Position numbers and translations under genes: made by a program. Of a DNA stretch of 64,000 nucleotides, positions 18,460 through 27,106 are shown one piece after another. How positions within the stretch are numbered: the first letter of the stretch is position 1; every line of letters begins with the position of its first letter. This DNA comes from an uncultured Thermoanaerobaculia bacterium (GTDB lineage Bacteria > Acidobacteriota > Thermoanaerobaculia > Thermoanaerobaculales > Sulfomarinibacteraceae): NCBI GenBank assembly GCA_964440565.1, contig CAYTTB010000001.1, forward strand, positions 96,627 through 160,626, given 5' to 3'. The notes under the pieces were generated by a model that saw only the letters and a program-made list of their open reading frames with translations, searched no databases and was not told the DNA's origin.

Positions 18460-19212
18460 TCACCGGCCGAGCAGTCTCTCGAGCATGGCGAGCGGGACGG
18501 GGAACACCACCGTGGAGGCGTTCTCCGACGCGATCTCGGTGAGCGTCTGCAGGTAGCGGAGCTGGACCGAGATCGGCTGGTGGGCCATGACCTCCGCGGC
18601 CTCGGCGAGCTTCTTCGAGGCGATGAGCTCGCCCTCGGCGTGGATGATCTTGGCCCGCTTCTCCCGCTCCGCCTCGGCCTGCCGGGCCATGGCGCGCTGC
18701 ATCTCCTGGGGCAGGTCCACGTGCTTGACCTCGACCATGGAGACCTTGACCCCCCACGGGTCCGAATGCTGGTCGATGATGGACTGCAGACGCACGTTGA
18801 GCTTCTCGCGCTGGGAGAGCAGCTCGTCCAGCTCCACCTCGCCCAGGACCGAGCGCAGCGTCGTCTGGGCCAGCTGCGAGGTGGCGTAGATGTAGTTCTC
18901 CACGTCCACCACCGCCTTGACCGGGTTCATGACCCGGAAGTAGACCACCGCGTTCACCTTGACCGACACGTTGTCGCGGGTGATCACGTCCTGCGGGGGG
19001 ATGTCGTGGACCACGGTGCGCAGGCTGATCCGCACCATCCGGTCGATGGGCCACAGGACGAACACCAGCCCGGGCCCCTTCGCCTCCGGCAGCACCCGGC
19101 CGAGGCGGAAGATGACGGCACGCTCGTACTCCTTCAGGATGTTGATCCACTTGGCCAGCAGGAACACCGCGATGACGACGATGACGCCGAGTGTCGAACC
19201 GAGCGGGTTCAT
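18460..19212 (-). CDS. Stomatin-like SPFH/band 7 protein (slipin)
   Basis: [55 protein letters not shown]. Confidence 0.95.
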   Translation of the reverse strand: MNPLGSTLGVIVVIAVFLLAKWINILKEYERAVIFRLGRVLPEAKGPGLVFVLWPIDRMVRISLRTVVHDIPPQDVITRDNVSVKVNAVVYFRVMNPVKAVVDVENYIYATSQLAQTTLRSVLGEVELDELLSQREKLNVRLQSIIDQHSDPWGVKVSMVEVKHVDLPQEMQRAMARQAEAEREKRAKIIHAEGELIASKKLAEAAEVMAHQPISVQLRYLQTLTEIASENASTVVFPVPLAMLERLLGR

Positions 19213-20501
19213 CGCTCCCTCCTTTCGGAACCGACGGCGGCGACCCGCAGCGTGCGGCCCTCCACCGCCACCACCCGCACCTGGGAGCCGGCGGGAACCG
19301 GGTCGCCGGCGACCTCGGCGTCCCACCACTCCCCGTGAACCAGCACCTTCCCCGACGGGTCGAGGTCGGTGCGCGCCTCCCCCACCTCGCCCACCAGCCC
19401 CTCCGCCCCGGTGAGCGGCCTGCGGCGGTGGGCCCGGACCACGCGGGTGAGGAGGAAGATCGTCACCGCGGCCACGGTGAGCGCGGTGGGCACGATCACC
19501 GCCAGGCTCACCCGCAGGTCCGGGATGGGAGCGTCGAACAGCATCATGGACCCCAGCACGAACGCGACGAGGCCGGCGAGCGTGAGCAGCCCGTAGCTCG
19601 TCACCTTCACCTCCAGCAGGAACAGCACCACCGCCACGGCGATGAGCCCCACCCCGGCCAGGTTCACCGGCAGCACCGACATCGAGTAGAGGCCCAAGAG
19701 CAGCGCGATGACGCCCACCACACCGGGCAGCACCAGCCCGGGGTGCGAGATCTCGGTGTAGATCCCGAGCATGGCCAGCGCCATGAGGAGGTAGGCGACG
19801 TTGGGGTTGGCCAGGACGGAGAGCAGGCGCTCGGTGGTGGTCGGCGGGATCTCGCGCTCCGCCACCGGCTCGAGCTCGAGCCTCACCTCGCTGCCGTCGA
19901 ACCGGCGCACCGTCCGCCCCTCGAGCTGCCGGTACAGTTCCTCCCGGCTCGACGCCACCAGGTCGATGAGCCCCTTCGCGAGCGCCTCCTGGGCGGTGAA
20001 GGAGAGGCTCTCCGTGACCGCCTTGGCGGCGATCTCGGGATCCCGGCCCCGGCGCTCCGCCAGCGCCCGCACCATCGCCGCGGCGTCCTGGGTGGCCTTC
20101 TCCCGCACGTCCTCGGGGAGGTTCTCCCCCTTGCCCCCCACCGGGTGGGCGGCGCCCGTGTTGGTGCCCGGCGCCATCGCCGCCACGTCCGCCGCCTGGA
20201 CCAGGAAGAACCCCGCCGACGCCGCCTGCGCCCCGGCGGGCGTCACGAACACCGCGACCGGCACTGGCGAGCCGGTGATGGCCGTGGTCATGGCGCGGGT
20301 GGAGGTGAGCAGGCCGCCCGGGGTGTCGAGCTCCACCACGACCAGGGCGGCCCCCATCGCCGCCGCCTCCCGGAGCCCGCGCTCCAGGTACCGCTGCGAC
20401 GCCGGCTGGATGGTGTCGCGAAGGTGCAGCACCGCGATCTCTGCCGCCCCCGCCGGAAGGGCGAGAGACATCGCGAGCACGGCAACGTGGAGCCTCCGCA
20501 T
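19209..20501 (-). CDS. NfeD-family membrane-bound serine protease (long form)
   Basis: [26 protein letters not shown], hydrophobic region with E...PG, C-terminal OB fold with [10 protein letters not shown]. Overlaps stomatin gene. Confidence 0.92.
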   Translation of the reverse strand: MRRLHVAVLAMSLALPAGAAEIAVLHLRDTIQPASQRYLERGLREAAAMGAALVVVELDTPGGLLTSTRAMTTAITGSPVPVAVFVTPAGAQAASAGFFLVQAADVAAMAPGTNTGAAHPVGGKGENLPEDVREKATQDAAAMVRALAERRGRDPEIAAKAVTESLSFTAQEALAKGLIDLVASSREELYRQLEGRTVRRFDGSEVRLELEPVAEREIPPTTTERLLSVLANPNVAYLLMALAMLGIYTEISHPGLVLPGVVGVIALLLGLYSMSVLPVNLAGVGLIAVAVVLFLLEVKVTSYGLLTLAGLVAFVLGSMMLFDAPIPDLRVSLAVIVPTALTVAAVTIFLLTRVVRAHRRRPLTGAEGLVGEVGEARTDLDPSGKVLVHGEWWDAEVAGDPVPAGSQVRVVAVEGRTLRVAAVGSERRER

Positions 20502-20518
20502 CGATCGTCTCGCGACCA

Positions 20519-22468
20519 TCATAGCAGCCGTGGGGGTGTCGCGGCGCCCCGGAGGATCTCCCGGGCCAGGGCCGCGGCGCGCCGCCGCTCGGCCGGGGTC
20601 AGCGGCCGCGGGCCGTACAGCTCGAGCTCCGCCAGCGCCGTGGCCTCCGCGAGCGGGGGGGCGAGGGCCGGCCAGGCGGCGGCGGCGCGGCGGGCGATGC
20701 GGCGGAGCGTGGCCCCGGGGGGTACCGGCGTCCCGGCCGCGGCGAGCCTGCGCCCGAGCCGCAGCAGCGCCGCCGGCAGCGGCGGCGGGCGCCTTCGAGG
20801 ACGGGGCCGGAGGCGCGCGAGAAGGGCCGCCGCGGCGACGAGGGCGAGCGGGAGCAGGAACCGCCCCGGCCGGGCGCGGACCGCGGCCCCGGCGCGTGCC
20901 GCCGCCTCGGCGATGGCCACCTGCTCGCCCAGCCCGAACCCCAGCAGGTGCCGGTCCCAGAGCAGCTCCATCCGGTCCAGCAGCCACCGCCAGCGGCCCA
21001 CGGTCCGGACCCCTCCGAACCCCGCCACACGGGTGGGCGGGGAGGGGTCCACGCGCAGCCAGCGGCGGGAGGTCCTGTCCCACACTTCCACCCAGGCGTG
21101 GGCGTTCTCCGCCCGCACCAGGAGGGTCGTGCGGTCGGGGTCGAGGGTGCCGCCGGCGTAGCCGGCGACCACCCGCGCCGGGTGGCCCAGCTCCCGGAGC
21201 ATCGCGGCCAGCGCGGTGGCGAAGAGCTCGCAGTGGCCGCGGCGGGTCTCGAACAGGAACACCGGAAGCGGGTCGCGAGAGAGGGGGACCCGCACATCGA
21301 GGGTGTAGCTGCACCGACGGCGGAGCCACGCGGTGAGGCGCGCCGCGGCGCGCCCGGCATCCGGGGCGTCCCCGGCCACCTCGGTCGCGAGGCGTGCGAT
21401 CCTCGGCTCGTGCCGGGCGACCGCGCGATCGGCCGGGGTGGGCGGTGGGCGGGGCACCGGCTCCGGGCCCACCCACGCGGTGACCACGAGCGGCCCCCGC
21501 CACGGCGAGCCGAGCAGGACGCTCCCGAACCGGTCGCCCAGGAGCGGAAGCGGGGCCTTCACCGCCACCGTGGCGTCGGGCAGCGGCAGGAACCGCCGCG
21601 GCGACAGCACCTCCATCCGGACCCGGCGGGCGCCCTCGAGCGGTCGCACCCCCGCCGGCCAGTACATCCCGCGCTCGTACGGCAGCGGCCGCCGCCCCCG
21701 CGAGGGCGCCCGCCACGCCCCGGTGCGCAGCCACAGCGTGGCCGCGCCGCGCAGGTACATCCACCCCGTCCCCTCGGGGAGCCGCGGCGACCCGGTGACC
21801 ACCACCGCCAGGCGGCGCGAACGTTCCACCGTCCCCACCCCGGCCACGTCCACGGTGGCGCCGAACCCGGACACCAGGCCGGCGGAGCCGAGCCCGGCGG
21901 CCACCGGCGAGCGCAGGCGCGGCATGACCACGAACACCGGCGCCGCGAGGAGGAGCGAGGCGGCACCCGCCGCCGCGGCCTGCCGCCACCGCACCGCGGC
22001 CCGGTGGGGCGGGACCCCGAGCCCCTCGAGCAGCAGGCGCATCCCCAGCCCCCATCCGAGGACCGCCGACGCCGCCAGGTAGCCGAGCAGGGCCCAGTGG
22101 TGGGAGGAGGCCACCGCCACCGTCCACACCACCCCCACCACCTGGAGCGCGCGGAGAAAGGTGGCACGGTCGGCCACCAGCGCCACCCGCACCGCGGCCA
22201 GCAGCAGCAGCAGGTGGCCCAGGGGGCGGAGCGGGCCCACCCGCCAGCCGCCGGCCGCGGCCACCGCGGCCACGATGGCCACCCCGAGGAGGTTGAGCGC
22301 CCACCGCGGGGCCCGCGGCGGCGGGCGGCGGGCGTACAGGAACGTCAGGATCGCCGCCGCCGCCGCCGGCGCCCAGAACGGCGGGAGCACGATCCCCACG
22401 AGCGGCAGCGGCAGCATCGCCCAGGCGAGCAGGAGGCCCGCGCGACGGCGGTGAAGGACCGCGTTCAC
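20519..22468 (-). CDS. DUF3488-type membrane transglutaminase-like protein (TgpA-like)
   Basis: N-terminal TM helices, FVVMPR, then [21 protein letters not shown] catalytic triad. Confidence 0.88.
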   Translation of the reverse strand: MNAVLHRRRAGLLLAWAMLPLPLVGIVLPPFWAPAAAAAILTFLYARRPPPRAPRWALNLLGVAIVAAVAAAGGWRVGPLRPLGHLLLLLAAVRVALVADRATFLRALQVVGVVWTVAVASSHHWALLGYLAASAVLGWGLGMRLLLEGLGVPPHRAAVRWRQAAAAGAASLLLAAPVFVVMPRLRSPVAAGLGSAGLVSGFGATVDVAGVGTVERSRRLAVVVTGSPRLPEGTGWMYLRGAATLWLRTGAWRAPSRGRRPLPYERGMYWPAGVRPLEGARRVRMEVLSPRRFLPLPDATVAVKAPLPLLGDRFGSVLLGSPWRGPLVVTAWVGPEPVPRPPPTPADRAVARHEPRIARLATEVAGDAPDAGRAAARLTAWLRRRCSYTLDVRVPLSRDPLPVFLFETRRGHCELFATALAAMLRELGHPARVVAGYAGGTLDPDRTTLLVRAENAHAWVEVWDRTSRRWLRVDPSPPTRVAGFGGVRTVGRWRWLLDRMELLWDRHLLGFGLGEQVAIAEAAARAGAAVRARPGRFLLPLALVAAAALLARLRPRPRRRPPPLPAALLRLGRRLAAAGTPVPPGATLRRIARRAAAAWPALAPPLAEATALAELELYGPRPLTPAERRRAAALAREILRGAATPPRLL

Positions 22469-23412
22469 CGGGTCGCCTCCCCGCCGGCGGATGCGTCCGC
22501 GGGCAGCGGCCTGAGCTCCGCGAGCGGGCGCAGCAACGCCGCGCGCTGGCGGAGGGCGGACACCGGCCCCACCACCCGGCGTCCCAGCCGGAGGCCCACC
22601 GGCCGCCCCTCGGCGAGGCGCCGGAGCGCCTCGGTGGCGGCGGCGCTCACCGCGCGCTCGAACCGGGCCTCGGCGTCGGGGCCACGGGGCAGCCTCGGGT
22701 CGAGGTGGAGCAGGACCGGCTCCGGGCGGGGCGCCTGCCGCTCGGTGACGATCAGCCGACGCTGGCGGGCGGTCTGCTTCCAGTGGATCTGGCGGCGCTC
22801 GTCGCCCTCGCGCCACGGTCTGAGCTGCAGCACCTGCCCCTCGCGGCCGCCCCGCCGCCAGCCCCCCTCCCGGGGGCGCCCGCGCTCCCGCTCCCGCGGG
22901 GACGTCGGCCCGGCGAGAATGCGGGGGTAGACGAGGAGGCGGGTGGCGGGAACGGCCTCCACCGACTTGACGAAGAACCCCAGCGGCAGGAGCACCTCGA
23001 GGCGCCACGGGCCCACCGTGTGCCACCCCCGCCGCTGGAACGTGAGCTCCACCGCGTGGCGGGCGCGCCCGCGGGCGGGGAGGTACGGCTCCACCAGCAC
23101 CGCACGACCGCCGGCGTCGCGCAGCACGAGCCCGTACGCCGGGAACAGGCGGGAACGGTTCTCGAGCGTCACCTCCACCTCCGCCGGTCGCCCCGCGAAC
23201 GCCTCCCGTGGCCAGCGCACCGCGACCCGGCACCGGCCCAGGACCTGGCGTGACCAGGTCCCGGCCACGACGTAGGCGCCGAGGAGCAGGGCGAACAGCA
23301 TCATGAGCGGGTTGTTGCCGGTGTTGACGGCGGCGCCGCCGACCATCACCGCGGCGGCCAGGTAGACCGCGCCCCAGCGCGTGAGGCGGAGCGAGAAGCG
23401 CAGGAACCGCAT
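22465..23412 (-). CDS. DUF58-domain protein
   Basis: AAVNTGNN, RRGWH, PLGFF, LVYP, LRPWREGDERRQIHWKQTAR. Confidence 0.88.
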   Translation of the reverse strand: MRFLRFSLRLTRWGAVYLAAAVMVGGAAVNTGNNPLMMLFALLLGAYVVAGTWSRQVLGRCRVAVRWPREAFAGRPAEVEVTLENRSRLFPAYGLVLRDAGGRAVLVEPYLPARGRARHAVELTFQRRGWHTVGPWRLEVLLPLGFFVKSVEAVPATRLLVYPRILAGPTSPRERERGRPREGGWRRGGREGQVLQLRPWREGDERRQIHWKQTARQRRLIVTERQAPRPEPVLLHLDPRLPRGPDAEARFERAVSAAATEALRRLAEGRPVGLRLGRRVVGPVSALRQRAALLRPLAELRPLPADASAGGEATR

Positions 23413-23438
23413 CGCCGCCTCCGCCGCCGCGGGCCGCG

Positions 23439-24401
23439 TCAGGCCCGCGGCACCGGCACCGCGTCCAGGATGGCGCGGATCACGGCCCGCTCCCTCCGGC
23501 TCCTCTCCCACCCGTCGTCCTCGAACGGGTCGGCGAGCAGGATCCGGTGGGCGAGGACGGCCTCGGCGGTCTCCTGCAGGTCGTCCGGGGTGACGTACGG
23601 CCGGCGGCGGACCAGCGCCAGGGCACGGGCGGCGCGGTACCACGAGATGGCGCCGCGGGTGGAGACGCCGAGCGCCAGCCCCTCGTGCCGCCGGGTGGCC
23701 TCCACCACGTCCATCAGGTAGTCGAGGAGCGTCGGGGCCACGTGCACGTCCTCCACCCTGCGCTGGAGGTCGCGCACCTCGTCGGCGGAGAGCACCGGCT
23801 CGAGGGACGCGAGCTCGGGCGCGGCACCGCCCGAGGCCACCAGCGCCCGCTCCTCGTCGCGCTCCGGGTAGCCCATGGAGAGGCGCATCAGGAACCGGTC
23901 GAGCTGGGACTCGGGCAGCGGGTAGGTGCCGGTGGACTCCACCGGGTTCTGGGTGGCGATGACCAGGAACGGGTCCGGCAGCCGGTGGCGGGTGGTCTCC
24001 ACAGTCACCGCCCCCTCGTTCATCGCCTCGAGCAGCGCCGACTGGGTGCGTGGCGCCGCACGGTTGATCTCGTCGGCGAGGACCACGTTGGCGAACAACG
24101 GTCCGGGCACGAACTCGAACCGGCCCGGCCGCTCGCGGTACACCGAGATCCCGATGATGTCGGAGGGCAGCGTGTCGGAGGTGAACTGGATCCGCTGGAA
24201 CTCGAGGTCCAGCGAACGCGCCAGTGCCTGGGCGAGGGTGGTCTTGCCCACGCCGGGGACGTCCTCGAGCAGCACGTGACCGCGCGCCAGCAGGGCGGCG
24301 ATGAGCGCGTCCACGATCTCGGGCTTGCCGCGCACCACCGTACCCACCGCCGAGCGCAGGCGCTCGAGCCGGTCCAGGGCCTGGGCGGTGACCGGGGTCA
24401 C
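23439..24401 (-). CDS. MoxR-family AAA+ ATPase
   Basis: HVLLEDVPGVGKTT, RIQFTSD.LPSDI.G, LADEINRA.PRTQSALLEAM, ATQNP.E..GTYPLPESQLDRF. Confidence 0.95.
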   Translation of the reverse strand: MTPVTAQALDRLERLRSAVGTVVRGKPEIVDALIAALLARGHVLLEDVPGVGKTTLAQALARSLDLEFQRIQFTSDTLPSDIIGISVYRERPGRFEFVPGPLFANVVLADEINRAAPRTQSALLEAMNEGAVTVETTRHRLPDPFLVIATQNPVESTGTYPLPESQLDRFLMRLSMGYPERDEERALVASGGAAPELASLEPVLSADEVRDLQRRVEDVHVAPTLLDYLMDVVEATRRHEGLALGVSTRGAISWYRAARALALVRRRPYVTPDDLQETAEAVLAHRILLADPFEDDGWERSRRERAVIRAILDAVPVPRA

Positions 24402-24778
24402 GGGGCGGCCTCCGGGTCCAGGAGGTGCACCAGTCGGAGGTGGTCCTCGACGGCGACGCCGAGGAGCTCGGGGAGGCGGGAGAGGTCCTCCTCGGTCACC
24501 ACCAGGTTCACGTCGCGGGCCAGCGCGGCCAGCGGGTCACCGGTGGTCCCGGAGGTCACCACCGCCACCACCAGGAACCGCCGGCGGCGGGCCGGCGGGA
24601 GGCGGCGCCACGCGTCGAGCCCCGCCTCGGGCACCACCGCCGCGGTCACCCGGCCGGCACCGGAGGCTGGTGGGGCCGGCGTCGGCCCCCCCGTCACCTC
24701 CGGACGGAACCCCGCCTCCTCGAGGGCGGGGACCAGCGCCTCGTACCGCGCACCCGCGGGGAGCAGCACCCGGGTCAC
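24398..24778 (-). CDS. Small hypothetical alpha/beta protein
   Basis: GTGA overlaps with pilT-like upstream and moxR downstream. 126 aa with alternating strand/helix pattern. Confidence 0.65.
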   Translation of the reverse strand: MTRVLLPAGARYEALVPALEEAGFRPEVTGGPTPAPPASGAGRVTAAVVPEAGLDAWRRLPPARRRRFLVVAVVTSGTTGDPLAALARDVNLVVTEEDLSRLPELLGVAVEDHLRLVHLLDPEAAP

Positions 24779-25878
24779 CGGCGGCCTCCCATGTCCAGCA
24801 GCCGCAGCTCCAGCTGGTGCGGGACCGCCGCCTCGGCGAGGGCCGTGTCGCGGTCGATGGTCCCCGCGCGCACCAGCCGCTCGAGCTCCGCGTCGAGGGG
24901 ACGGGCGCCCAGCGGCATGGCGTCGCGGAGGGCGTCGGCGAACGCCTCGGCGGTGAGGTCGCCCCGCTCGAGAAGCGTCCGCGTGGCGGGGAGGTTGCGC
25001 CACACCTCCACCACCGGGCGGGTCGCGCCGTCGCGGGAGCGGACCAGGCGCTGCACGAACACCGCCTGGAGCGCGCTCGCCACCTGCCTCAGGGCACGCT
25101 CGCGCGGGCGGTCGGCGAGCAGCCCCACCAGCCGCTCCACCACGGCGGCGCTGTCGAGGCCACGCATCACCCCGATCACCAGGTGCCCCGCCTCCGCCGC
25201 GTCGAGCGCCAGCGCGGCGGTGGTACCGTCGGGCACCTCGGACAGGGCGATCACGTCGGCCCCGAGGCGAACCGCATCGGCGACGCCGGAGGCGTGGTCG
25301 GGCACGTCGATCCCCACCTCGCGCTGGTGCACCACCGCCCGCCGGTGAGGGAGCAGGTGCTCGATGGGATCCTCCACCGTGACCACGTGACACGGACGTT
25401 CGGCGGCGATCCGGCCCACGAGCGCGGCGAGGGTCGTCGAGGTCCCGGACCCGGCCGGGCCACCCACCAGCACGAGGCCGGCGCGGAGGGACGCCGCCTC
25501 CGCCACCTCCGCGGGAAGCCCCAGCGAGTCGAGCTCCGGCAGCCGGCGGGGAAGCAGGCGCACCGAGGCCACCAGGGTGCCGCGCTGGCGCATCAGCGTC
25601 ACGCGGTAGCGGGTCCGGCCGGGCCGGGCCACCACGAAGCTCGCCGTTCCCCGCTCGCGCAGCCTGGAGGCGGCGTGAGGCGCGTGCGCCAGGAGGTGGA
25701 GCGCGAGCGTCTCGGTCGCGAACGGGGTGAGGCGCCCGATCCCCGGCAGCGGCGCGGGGTGGAGGTCGCCGTCGCGGCGGACCAGCGGCGGTACCCCCAC
25801 CGAGAGGACCAGGTCACGGGCCGCCGGGTCGTTCCCCGCCAGCCGCTCGATCAGCTCCACCACGTCGAGGCCCAGCAC
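24775..25878 (-). CDS. PilT/PilU-like ATPase with degenerate catalytic motifs
   Basis: RVTLMRQRG, VTVEDPIE, HQREVG, AEAGHLV give the PilT fold. Walker A reads GPAGSGTSTT. Confidence 0.85.
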   Translation of the reverse strand: MLGLDVVELIERLAGNDPAARDLVLSVGVPPLVRRDGDLHPAPLPGIGRLTPFATETLALHLLAHAPHAASRLRERGTASFVVARPGRTRYRVTLMRQRGTLVASVRLLPRRLPELDSLGLPAEVAEAASLRAGLVLVGGPAGSGTSTTLAALVGRIAAERPCHVVTVEDPIEHLLPHRRAVVHQREVGIDVPDHASGVADAVRLGADVIALSEVPDGTTAALALDAAEAGHLVIGVMRGLDSAAVVERLVGLLADRPRERALRQVASALQAVFVQRLVRSRDGATRPVVEVWRNLPATRTLLERGDLTAEAFADALRDAMPLGARPLDAELERLVRAGTIDRDTALAEAAVPHQLELRLLDMGGRR

Positions 25879-25925
25879 CAGCCCAGTATACGGCGGGGCC
25901 GCGCGCTGCGCCCACCGGGTGCGGC

Positions 25926-26489
25926 TCACGGGAGGCGGGCGAGCAGCAGCAGGCGGGAGGCTCCCCCGGCGAGCTCGCGCACCACCCGGAGCTCGTCCGG
26001 CAGCGCCTCGGGTGACGCCGCGAGGGGGCACTCGAGGGCGGCCACCGCCCCGGGGACGAGGACCCCCAGCTCGAAGGCCAGGCGAAGCACCGCGAGGCCC
26101 TCCCGCCACCGGTCGAAGGGAGGGTCGGCCCAGGCCAAGTCGAACCGCTCGCCGGCCGCGGCCAGCCGGCGGACGGCCCGGCGGGCGGGGGCGACGAGGA
26201 GCTTCCACCCCTCGCGGTCGGCGCCGAGGGCGGCGGCATTGGCGCGGGCGAGACGCGCCGCGGCGGGGTGACGCTCCACCGCCACCACCCGCGCGGCGCC
26301 GCGGGAGAGCGCCTCGAGCCCCACGGCGCCCGTGCCCGCGTAGAGGTCCAGGAGGGCGCGGCCCGTGAGGCGGTCGGCGAGCACCGCGAAGGCGCGCTCG
26401 CGGAGGGCGTCGGGGGTGGGACGGAGCGGCATCCGCCGCGGGGGGCCCGCGAGGCGGCGGGAGCGCCACCGGCCGCCGGTGATCCTCAC
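25926..26489 (-). CDS. rsmD: 16S rRNA m2G966 methyltransferase
   Basis: RITGGRWRSRRL, LRPT...RERAF, LDLYAGTGAVGLEALSRGA, ADPPF. Confidence 0.92.
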   Translation of the reverse strand: MRITGGRWRSRRLAGPPRRMPLRPTPDALRERAFAVLADRLTGRALLDLYAGTGAVGLEALSRGAARVVAVERHPAAARLARANAAALGADREGWKLLVAPARRAVRRLAAAGERFDLAWADPPFDRWREGLAVLRLAFELGVLVPGAVAALECPLAASPEALPDELRVVRELAGGASRLLLLARLP

Positions 26490-26491
26490 GG

Positions 26492-27106
26492 TTACCGCCC
26501 CAGCACCCGGCGAACCCGTGCCGGGAGGTCCCGCACCCTGAGCGCCTCGATCGCCGGGGATCCCTCGTGCTCGAGAACCACCACGCCGCCCTCGCGCACC
26601 TCGGTCACCACCGCGGTGCCCCCGCCCCACAGCTCGACCCGGTCCCCGGGGCGAGGGGCCCATCCACGGACGGCCTCGGCGACCTGCGGGGCCTCGCGGA
26701 GCTGCGCCTCCAGGTCGTCCAGGGCGGCGAGCACCCGCCCGAGCGGCAGCGGCGGAACCCGGCTCGGGTCGTACCGGAGCACCAGCAGGCCGCTCCCCGG
26801 CCGCCGCAGGCGGAGGACAGCGGGGCCCGCGCTGTCCGCGGCGAGGCGCTCGAGCCCGGGCAGCGCCTCGCGCACGGTACCGAGGAGCGCCACCAGCTCG
26901 TCCCGCTCGAGCGTGCGGCGACGGAGGAGGCGGCCGGAGCCGGTGGGCGCGGAGAGCACCGCGGAGCCGTCGGCGAACACCGTGAGCCGCCGGACGCCGC
27001 TCGCCTCGGGGATCAGCCGCTCGACGAGCTCCCGCGGCGCGTGCGGCGGGGGCGTCGCCGCCTGCGGGGCGAGGGCCAGCGCCAGCGCGAGGAGGGTCGC
27101 GTTCAT
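26492..27106 (-). CDS. Exported hypothetical protein
   Basis: MNATLLALALALAPQA signal-like start. ATGA-type overlap with the upstream gene. C-terminal PGDRV..G..VV.EV KOW/SH3-like segment. Confidence 0.65.
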   Translation of the reverse strand: MNATLLALALALAPQAATPPPHAPRELVERLIPEASGVRRLTVFADGSAVLSAPTGSGRLLRRRTLERDELVALLGTVREALPGLERLAADSAGPAVLRLRRPGSGLLVLRYDPSRVPPLPLGRVLAALDDLEAQLREAPQVAEAVRGWAPRPGDRVELWGGGTAVVTEVREGGVVVLEHEGSPAIEALRVRDLPARVRRVLGR

